Shown: positions 24,800 through 35,122 of the stretch, piece by piece
How the letters are laid out: the number at the start of each line of letters is the position of its first letter
How positions within the stretch are numbered: the first letter of the stretch is position 1
Assembly: GCA_037447605.1 (NCBI GenBank)
Contig: CM074808.1
Span: forward strand, 3,286,001 to 3,350,000
Reading direction: 5' to 3'
Length of the DNA: 64,000 nt
DNA from: Zygnema circumcarinatum SAG 698-1b
Lineage: Eukaryota > Plantae > Zygnematophyceae
Made by a program: the position numbers and the translations under genes
The notes under the pieces: generated by a model
What the model was told of the DNA's origin: nothing
Seen by the model: the letters and a program-made list of their open reading frames with translations, nothing else
The model's database searches: none

Positions 24800-27694
24800 A
24801 TGGCGGAGGCGGAGGGCGCGAGCAAGGAGCCGCGAGTGGTGGCTCTGATCATCAAGAATCCATCAGCCGTTACAGTGGGGGATTTCCGCATGGAGATGCC
24901 GGTGGAGGCGACCGTGCTGGCTGTGAAGCAGCGGTTGCAGCGCGATTACACTGGACATCCGGAGCTTGCACGGCAGAAGCTCATTGTGGGAGGACAGATA
25001 ATTAAGGATGGAGCACCGATCCGAGAAGTTTTTAAGCTGGTGTGATCTCTCGCTCCGTCTCACTCTGTCGCTCTTTCTCCATCTCCTCTCGCTCTTCCAC
25101 CCTCCCTCCCTCTCTCTCCCGCACTCTGTCTACAGCACACACTTTCTACATTTTAATGAATTTAAATTTACATTTTCTCTTCACTTGTTCTTCATCTCCC
25201 TTGTCCGCCCCCTCTTCCGTCTGCCTGTTCTTAGAAGCACCTTCTCACTTGAACCTGAGGGCTTTGCGGATGCGCTCTGGCAGAATAACTTGGCGGAACC
25301 TCAGGTGATGCATCTCGTAGTTGCAAAGCCTCCGTCAGAGAGCGCTCCTTCCTTAAACAGCTCAATTCCCTCCCAGGCAACCCTAGCCTCTCTCCCTTCG
25401 TCTGCAACGCCCGCCGCATCGCCTTCGACCGCCTCTTCTTCTGGTGCAAATGCGCCCATTCAAAGACGGATAGCCCCCTTCTCTGGTGCAGTTGATGCGT
25501 CTGCAGGTAGTGACACTTCGTCAAGTGCAGGAAGGGCTCCCTTCGTTTTCACTGCTGGGACTGATTCGGGATCCAACCGCCGGCAAGGAGTTCCAGCTGC
25601 GGGTCCGTCTCTGTATGGAAACCCTCCATCTTCATCCGCTTATTCTCCTGCCGGAGAACCAATGGGTCAAAGTAATTCTACAAGTATAGGAGGAGCTGGC
25701 CCATCATCCTCGGCAAGTCCGGCCACGGATGGCAATGTAGCAGCAGCAGGAGCGGCAGCAGCCTCTGGAGGAAGCCCAATGCAGCCAGGAATTGATGCCA
25801 CAGCATTTCCTGCTGGGCCGCTACCTCCGGAAACTGTCAACCTGGCAATGCTTCAGGTGCGAATTTTATGGTTCTTATGCTAATTTTTGCCACATATTAG
25901 TCTTTCGGTTTGATCTGAGATGCATCAACTGCCATGTATCAACATGTGCTTATGCAAGTTGTTACGATTTGCTGTCGGGGATTTGGCAGATGATGTATGG
26001 GGGAATGATGCTACACCCGTGGGCGTACAGCCCCGCAATGGCTGCATATAATGCAGCATTGCTGAATCCTGCAGCTTTTGGAGGGCTCGGCCCGCACTAT
26101 CCAGGGTTCATGCCGCCCATGTGTCCCCCAGGAACGTTCCCCGCTTACATGCCACTACCCGGAGACCAACAGCAACGACAACAGCCAGGTGGCGTCTTTG
26201 CGATGGCTCCCCTTCAGGGAGGTGCCATGGGAGCTGCCGGATTTGGCGCTATGCCCTTCAATATGCCCTTGTAGGTGGCCGTTTTTCTGGCACGTTTTCT
26301 CAGTCCAGTTATCATCTCCATCATTTCATACGGCCTTTCAGAGCTACCTCCATTGGAACAGAAGTGTTTTTGGCCAAGCAACGCTTTTATGAGTTAATTG
26401 GAGTAAAGAGTGCGGGACTGTGCAGGGATAGACCAGCAAGAGCCTGGATGCACAGTCGCTGATTGTTTTTCTTCGTTTTGTTTGTTGAGGTTTTTGGCAG
26501 AGGGGGTCCACTGCAGGCAATGCCTCCAGGGATGGCTGGTGGAGGTCCCATGGGCCCTCCACTTGCAATGAGAGTTGGAGCAGGCGGAGCACAACCACCA
26601 GGACCGGGCGGTCTCCGGCAAAGGCAAGGGCCTGCAGTTGGAGCAGCAATTGCAGTTCAAGGTGGTGGAGGGGGGCCTCAAGCAGTGTTCGTTCAGCATG
26701 TTGGCCGGGAGGGAAGGCCGTTTGCTCGGCGAATTCGCATCCAGTTGCGACTTGACCTCATGCTGATCGCCAAACTGGCAGTTCTTGTATTCGCATTCAA
26801 TCAGGGTGGCGCCTTCCATAGATTTCTGCTCCTTTCTACCGCTGCTGTTCTCTTCTACTTGTGAGTGTCAACCAAAGTTTTCTCACATCTCAGAAAAGCC
26901 AGATGTCAAGCAAAACGGTGGAAATTTTTCTAAATTGTCATGGAAGGTTGTGCTGCCAACAGCTTGACATAGTCATTGCTGCCGTAGTCATTGGCAAGCA
27001 ACCCTAAATAGAGGGTGAACTTAAAAACGCAGCCACGAGCACAGGCTGGACAATTCTGGATTATATTAGCACCCCTCCAGGTAGAACATGGTGGTTTCTT
27101 GGGCTCTGGCTTAGAACTCAAGATGCCTGTCGAAAAGAAATAGCTGAAGTTCCCAATGGCGGAGAGATGCAGGTATCAAACAGGAGCGTTGGCCCCATTA
27201 GTACGCTGGTTTTCTCGGGGCACACGACAGATGCTGGGACGGCCGCTGCATCCTCCTGCACCACCTGAGCCAATGAACCCTGGTCAAGGTACGTCTATGT
27301 CGATCTGCGTCCCAATCGCACATGTTTGTGCAGAGCAGAAATCCGAAGGAGAACGGTGAAATTGATCAGATTGTGTGCACTTTTGTTTATGAGGATGTGA
27401 GTGTGGCTTGACGTTGCCTCAGACTGGATTTGGGGCTTGTGAGCAGAAAATCGGGAGGGGGCAGAGGGAGGAGCTGGACCTGCCTTGGATGGTGTTGCAG
27501 CAGCAGCAGCAGAGCAGCAACCTCGAGCTCAACAGAGGGACCGGTGGGGCGTTCTGCGTGAACTTCAAGTTTTTATAATGGGATTTGTGGTGTCTCTCCT
27601 CCCGGGCTTCAATCCTCCTGACGAGCCTCTCTTCCGAGAGGCAGAGGGCGGCCCACAAGCTCCTGCAAATGCCAATCTGCCCCACCAGGATTGA
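24800..27694 (+). CDS. ER membrane protein with an N-terminal ubiquitin-like domain and an EBS7-like C-terminal membrane region (HERP/Usa1-like architecture), 605 aa
   Basis: Exons 24800-25039, 25284-25856, 25990-26270, 26501-26860, 27173-27288, 27447-27694 (1818 nt). UBL: LIIKNP...ATVLAVKQRL...QKLIVGGQIIKD...VMHLV. C-terminus: LDLMLIAKLAVLVFAFNQGG, FYLYQTGALAPLVRW, WGVLRELQVFIMGFVVSLLPGF. An alternative in-frame ATG lies at 24713. Confidence 0.85.
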
Positions 27695-28759
27695 GAACGT
27701 GTACCAGCCATAAAGAACGAGACAGAAAATTTGGCAATATTATTGATGGAAAGGGGCGGGCTTTCGAGACTGGAGGCTCTCTTTGAGTTTTTTCCAATGT
27801 TCACTTTGTATGGGGCAGGTTAGCGCTCAATAATGTATGGGATGCTCCTGCACAAGCTCCATGTGTTGGCTCAGTTGTTGGGCTTTCTAGAGTTTATGTA
27901 CTATTATGATCTATGCTTCCAGAGGAGAATTGCACAACATCATGTGCTGATTCTATGTGATCACAGTGAGCCGTTTCTTTTTTTTTGGAAGGACCAGCAA
28001 TTTAGGGATCCAAGTGGACAAGTTCCATGCTTCAGTATTTGTTGAGGCTTTGGGAAAGTTTTCTCACCCTGTCGGAGATATCTAATTTGCAAAAGGTTTT
28101 TCCAGAACAGTACCGTATGGGATTTGATGGTGTATGCAATCAACATTTACAGCCAGGAAAAAAGGTTTTTCCAACCACATAGCTTATCTGAAAATAGCCT
28201 GGATTCTGGATTTCTTTTTATAGGTGGAGGCGTCATACATGTGAATCTTGAAACCAGTGAATTCATACGAATTAGCACGGCATGCCTCTGTATTTAAAAA
28301 GCTTGACACAAAGATTGGAACAGGCTTCTCTACTACTGTGCCATCCGCCTGCCAAATATGAATGTGCTGTAATTTCTAGGATTTCCAGTTGCTGTCATTC
28401 CAGGAGCTGTCTAACAACAAGGGCTTGCCTCTAATACATTTGTCTAAGAAAAATGAGAAAAATGAAAAAAATTGGTCGACTGAAAGTGAAAGACTACTCT
28501 AAACGAACATCCCTGTTTTCACCATCCCTGTGACCAACCAAGTCCCATATGGGGATACAAGTGGAGTTGAGATTGATCTGGATTCTTGCGTTCAGATCAC
28601 CAGCACGTCGTTTAAGTGTTTAGGGTTGCCATAGAAAGGCTTTGGGTGAAAACCAGTCAACCAGTCTTCTCCGATTCGTTGCTGGAAGCCATTTCCTGTC
28701 CAAGAAGCCGCGGGATCCTTGGTAGTCCCAATGCGATAAGACGAGCCAGAAGAAGACTC

Positions 28760-30218
28760 TCAAGTCATATAAAGCTCGGGTCTAAGCACGCCCACGTAGC
28801 TCAAACTGCGATACTTCTCCGCAAAGTCAAGGCCATAGCCCACCACGAATTGGTCCGGACACTGCACCCAAATTCCAGCTTTCACAGTGTGTTCTCTCCT
28901 TTGACCACCGTGCATGCAAAAGTGCTTAGGACTTTGGTGCAAAAAGGAAGGAGAAAGTAGACAAATAATTCAGTAAAAGGATACCTATAAGAGCTAGGAA
29001 TGGCATATTCCTTGTAATTATAAGCGCACAAAGGCTTCTACCTTATCATGCTTCTACCTTGTCTTGTTTCGAGAGTCCACTGTATCATTCATTGCTGAAG
29101 AAATATATGCTTAGTGAAGTAAGATGTTATGAACATAAGGCTAAAGCTCAAAGATTAGGCAGAAATTGAAAGGAAATGAATGCCGGGTCAGCTGGAAAGG
29201 AGGGGAGGTCGAAAAAAGAGGGAGGGAGAGTGTGTGTGAGGGAGAGAATTCAAAAAGTTAAATTGAACCAGATGCAGTGGAAGGATACCAGTTCAGATTT
29301 TTGGTAAAGTGAATTCTGACCTGAAAGCCGGTGTAGAGCTTCCCACCATCTGAAAGGGTGACGGGAATAACACGACGTTCGGGTTTATCGAGCAGCACGC
29401 ACACCGACACAGATGCAGCTTTCTTAGCCTCCAAGTGCTTCACAAGCGCAGAAAGTGTCCGTCCGGTATCCAAGATATCCTCCACCTGTAGATTCCCCCC
29501 ACCTTCTCTTAGCGAACACGTTCACATTCCGAACCTTATTCAAGAAGGGAGAAAGTAGTTTTTTTCTTCGATCACGCTGTGATTTCTCTTTCGGCAAAAA
29601 CCCTTGGATCGATGACAGCCGCTTACCACAATAACATGCATCCCCTCTACGTTGATCTTGAGATCTCCCGAAAGCTGGACATTGCCGGAGCTCTCAGTTC
29701 CGTGGCCGTACGAGACAGCACGGATGAAATCCACCTCCAGCGGTATACTTATAGCTCGGACTAGGTCCGCCAAAAACATGAAAGCTCCCGTTGCAACCTA
29801 CACCGTTCAAAACCAAACTGACCTTCAGAGTTTAAAGAGGCAAAAGCAGTAAATGGGACTTTAAGGTTTCTAAATTTAGGGTTTCCGAGTTCCTTAAACT
29901 TGCCATTCCACTTTCCTGTCTCTCCAGAGACTACCATCCACATGCCTGCCGTCTAGTAGTATAAACACAGCACAGAGACCCCTTTCTCTTGCTTACCCCT
30001 AAAAAAGGGGTAAGCAATAAAAAGGGTCTTCCAGCAATCCAACAGTCTAAATTCTAATCCCCTTTCTTACTTACACCCAGCACTGCCACCTTCCGCCCCA
30101 CAAAGTCACGTGAGATCTCTTCACCGAGCTCCGCCACTTTTTCGTGGATCGCGGAAGCGGAGAACAGCACTGTGGCAATGTCTGCATCTTCTGCATGGAA
30201 TCCAAAATCCGGCGCCAT
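28760..30218 (-). CDS. HPRT: Hypoxanthine(-guanine) phosphoribosyltransferase, 193 aa; possible N-terminal extension from ATG 30467
   Basis: Exons 30218-30075, 29797-29627, 29485-29321, 28861-28760 (582 nt). PRPP loop [17 protein letters not shown] flexible loop, and [16 protein letters not shown]. Confidence 0.95.
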
Positions 30219-31192
30219 TTTACAGCTGCTCTTCAAAGTAGCCGCCGTTGAAGGGGGGGCATACTGCCTGCGAGTTGGGCCAGATGGGGCGTGGGAGAGA
30301 GAGGGGGAGAGGGAGAGGGCTGAGGGGAGTGAGGAAGTGGCAGTCGCGGGGAGTCCACGCTGTCGTTGCTCAGTGCGATTACGCCGCTGGCTATATGCTC
30401 TGACGACACTGTTGAACTGAGGCTCTCTGTAAAGGACGCTGATGGGGTGCTGCCCAACTGCCGCCATGTGCTCAGAGATGCATCAAATGAACGACCCAAT
30501 GAAGACGAGAAGAGCTTCTCAAACGCCGGCCTCCCACTTTTCATGTGATCTTTGCTTCCCAGCGGACGCCCGAGATTCGTCTTTTGAAATGAGGAAGAGT
30601 TTATCTTGTGTACATCGTTTAATTCAAGGACGTGTCTCCCCACGAATCGGTGCTTTTGTTCTGAAAGGGGGACCTAAATTGCTTCTACTGTGCTGCATTT
30701 GAAAAAAATGGGACTTCGCAATTTTGATTTGATTACCCACGATATGGACTTACGGAAACGGTCCATGAATGGACGCTTTGGCTACAAACTAAAATAGCGC
30801 ATTTTGGAGACCTGTAAGCCTATTTCTGCCTTATTTCTGGACCAAGCCTTGCCTGCCTTCAGTTTAGAACCCCTCCGAACTACCAAATTTCTGAACAAAT
30901 CTACCCAACTACTAAATCTACACACATTCTCTCCAAGCGGCTAAGCACGCGAGACCTGATTACACCCAAGTTAGCTTCACGCAAGTGGCCAATTTATCTT
31001 GTCCAATCTCTACCATAAGAACCATACATAAGAACTCTCCCCTGAACCCTAAAGCTTGAACCCGCACTCTAATCTTACACTCTGACCGAGCAACGGCTCC
31101 ATACTCTCTCGAGTCCAGTTTCGTCCTGTCTTCTTTTAACTTTCATCTCTTATCTTCCCAAACCCTGAAATTCTAATCTCATATATGGCACT

Positions 31193-34100
31193 CTAGGCAG
31201 CCGCCATTGCTCCTTTGAAGCTTTGAAGGTTCTCCGGCTTCACCAGCCACCCCTCAAAAGGAGAAGTCGGCCCGAGCAGCACTGCACGAGCCTCGGCGTA
31301 AGAGAGGGCAGCCCTCTGCAAGCAGAAACCATGGTTCATTCCATCAAGGACTCGTCCATGGCTGCCATGCAGAAGGAGGTTTACAGAGGAAAGTCCGGGT
31401 TCTCCTGGCCAATTGCAAGGCAGCAAAGTAGGGGCAAAGCGGCTACTTGCCTTAGCGCTGCTGTAGGAGAGAGTCGCCATCTCCGGCAGTCCATCCCATA
31501 GAGAACAAAGTGCTTGAAAGCGGTCGAAAACAGCAGCCCTGTACCCTCGACACTCTGTTATGTGGCATGGTGAGCTCATGTAGACAATGACTATGCATGT
31601 GCTTTTATGCATCCATACAAGTTACACTAAATGTCTTCCGTCGAACACCATGAAACCCAAGAAACCACCCCCTCCCGCTACCCCACCTCTACCTGCATAG
31701 AGCCGATCGTGTAGCTGCAGAGAGAGCTCCCTTTCGGGACGTTCCCTGACGGCGGCCCGTCGTTCCCAAAAGCACTTCATGGCGGCCGCTTGCATCCCAA
31801 CTGACTGAAAAGCTGCGGGAGAAAAGGTCCCATATACAGAAAGAAAAGGTCCTTATGTGAGGCTAGACAGGGAGCATGACTGCCATCAGCTTTACCATTT
31901 ATATGTCAGCCATGAATGTAGTTTTTTCTATGGTTTTCGCACCCGCATGCTATCGTTTCTGCAGGTACTGCGGGGCGAGATATTTCGTCCAAGGAAGGGC
32001 CTCCTCTCCAGAAGTTTGGCTGCAAACCAGAAAATCAGAAAACCAGAAAACGTAATGGCTGTGAATATACGTTATAAAGAAGAATGCTAAGATCCCCGAG
32101 AAATCTTCAAACTCTGAAAGGGACAGGGGCATTCAAACGAAAGCCAACCTCATTCAGGCGAAATGGTGGATGAAGGTGCCCACGGAGGCTCAAAAGTCGC
32201 CCAAAAGTTCCTCGATGCAGAGCAATAATTTGTGGGTGCTTAACTTCTATCAAGTCCTCCCTCTTCAAGGAAGCAAAACTCCTTTCAGTTGGGAATGAGG
32301 GAGGCCTATCTTTGAATATGGGATCTAAAGCCACGGTGATGGAAGAGAGATAGATTGGCTCTGCAAGAAAGTGGCTCAGAAGTGCTCCTGCACTGCCCAT
32401 CAGCCCATGGAGATGCTCACAATTTGCCACTCCCCCCTTTTCCCTGCGATCCGATTTGGCCCCTCCTCACGGTTCAGGCAGTTTCTGAACTTGCCTTCAG
32501 TTCAACAGGTAAAGAAGTTTTTTTTCTGGAAGTCCTGCATATCCATATCCTTTCTGTACTGAAGCATTCATCCCTAAATCCCACCATCTCACCCTGCAAT
32601 CCGAGCACGTTCCAACGTGCAATCTTGTCGCTGCAAGACATGCTCAGAGTGGGGTCCCCTCTCCCAGGCTTTCTGCGAAGCACTCCTTCTGCCTGCAGAC
32701 CCTCCTCCTCCTCCTCCTCCTCCTCCTCCTTTGTGGCCCCTCCTCCTGCCCTCCTCCTCAGTTCAGACCTTGGAGCCATGGCCGCCATGGCCGCCATTGC
32801 AGTCGCATGTTCGCTAGCACTACTGCGCTCCCCTGCTCGAGAATCTTCTCTCTTTGAGTCTATGTGATGTCTGGCAAGCTTTGCTCCGGTGCGCTTGCTG
32901 AGAGGTTTAGGGTTTCTAAGGTGTTTCTCAGTGGTTTCCTGATTTGTGAGTTCTGCATGGTGCGACGAGAGTCCAACAGAAGGGGAATTGCTAGTGCTCA
33001 TCTGCAAGAGAAAACAGCCCTCCCCCAGATTGCTTTTTCAGCAGCCGGAGTAAGGAAAACGTAGCAAACAACAACGAATCAGAAACGGAGTATTGACCGC
33101 ACCTCACCTGCCCTAGCAGGGTCAACTATCTCTTCTGCATTCTCCCACTGATCAACGCGGTAAATCGCCGCATCGCCACCTGCCATGTTCAACATCTGTT
33201 ATCACCAATCCAGCTTCCTGCAAAAGCAAGCATCCATTCACTTTTTCTCTCTCTATTTCTGTCTGTCTGTACACTCACTCTCTCTCCCTCTCGTCATTCT
33301 CCATATCTTGCTCTTTTTGTCTCTAGTAACTCTCTGTCTCAGTGCTTTAGCCTCCTCCTAGGCACATGTGAGCTGCACTTACAAGGAGGCTGACTGCAGT
33401 AGAGATGCAGTTGGACTCCCTGACGGAGGCGGCACGTGCGGAGCGGCTGCCCTACTGGCTGCGCCCATTCGAGAATGGAGGCAGCATCAGGCGGGAGATC
33501 GCCTCTTGCCATCTGCTCCAACTGGCTATAGAGCCACCTGGGAATCCAAACGAATCTACTGCAGTATGTGTCAGCGTTTGGAAAGTGACACGAAAATTAG
33601 AACATGGTTTCTCTACTCCTGTACCAGCCGGTGATAGTTGCGTGCTTTATGCGTTTGTCTTGTTTCGTGGGAAGAATATGCTAGAGAACAATGGCCAGCT
33701 CTCCGCTTTCTCAAAGTTTCGGGATGATATCTTCTTTGATCAGCATGCATCCTAGAATTTTTCTAGGAAGAAGTCATCAAATGTATGGAGCCCCTCCACT
33801 GTAATCATTTTGGAGTTAATCGAAACACTGCAGCCTAAGACTTTTCATCATAAGGGACTAGGAAGAAGTGGGCAAGGAACTGCGACTCCTAATCCTCTTT
33901 TCAGAAACAAGACATTAGCAAAAAATTGGAATACATGATTGAACGATTCTTTGAAGGTATTGTGTTTCTGTTCGTGGTTTGGTTTGGCTTGGCTTAGTTT
34001 GGTGAATGAAACGGTCAAATCATTCTGACATAATTCATGAACTAATTTGTGCATCTGCAGAGTGACTCTTGATTGTTAACATTTGCAAACTAAAAGTTAG

Positions 34101-34916
34101 AAGGAAAACACTTCTCTAAAATACCATGTCGACACGATCTATCTCACGAGTCCTCTGCTATCTTTCAAACTCTAGACACCACAAATCCTACCCTTTACCC
34201 TTTACCCTTTTCAATGCCACTTCCATCCCCCTTTTACAAAAAACTATCCCAATGTAAACAAAGGACCAGGAAATTTGACGTTCTTTCCCCACTTCCTGCA
34301 GAGTTTCCAATTTTTTACCCAGGAAAAAATAAAATAAACAACAACAACAACGAAATGAAAAAAAAAAGCTTCACCTTAACACTAAGGCGAGAACTGAGAG
34401 AGAAAGGGAGATGACCTCAAAAAAGCCCTCCGAGCCACCACCTCTGCATGGGCATCGCTCACAATATCACCCTTCTCGCTAAGCCTGGTACGCCCCACAC
34501 ACTTTGTCCCCGTGCCAAGCGCTACCACCTCCAGCCCTGCTCACCCACATCCTCTCCCTCTACGTTCCTTCAGCCATGGCTGCATGACCCATCCATTTTT
34601 CTACTGCATTCCTCCCTACGAAGGCCTGAAGCAGGAGCCGAACAACTAACACCTTCAGAAAGAAGCCAAGATTCTGAAATAGGAGAAAGTACTGCTGACC
34701 AGAAGATCCCTCCCTAGAGAGAAGAAAGGCCGCCATAGCTGTCACTTCTCCTCCTTGGGGCTTCCCAGTTCGGGGAAGCTCTCGATATCGTTGCAGAGCT
34801 GCCTGCGCCACCCGCTCCCCAAAGGAATCCCCCATGTCTGCCCTCTTTGCGATAACGTCAGCTCTGCCTCCTCCCTCCACCACGACGTGCCCTGCAGCTA
34901 CCTCCGCCTTCGCCAT
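31193..34916 (-). CDS. TAD1: tRNA-specific adenosine-37 deaminase (ADAT1/TAD1), 541 aa
   Basis: Exons 34916-34700, 34536-34416, 33537-33383, 33179-33103, 33001-32593, 32387-32149, 32019-31943, 31812-31693, 31538-31451, 31315-31193 (1626 nt; last intron GC-AG). Motifs [56 protein letters not shown] and LGTTGRRQG. No dsRNA-binding domain seen. An alternative start lies at 34835. Confidence 0.92.
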
Positions 34917-35122
34917 GGACTGGGGAGGGTGCCTTTGGAGCTTCGCACGTGCGAGCCGAAGCGGGCGCTGCTTTCGCCGCTGCCAATAATTGGAAGTGGC
35001 TTTCCGCACTGTCGGCCCTCTTCTCTTGCACTTCCCCCCCTTTCTCTCTCTCTCTCTCCCCCTCTCTCTCGTCTCTCCTCTCTCGCTTTCTCTCGCTTGG
35101 CCCGTCCCAATCCTTCGCAGCC

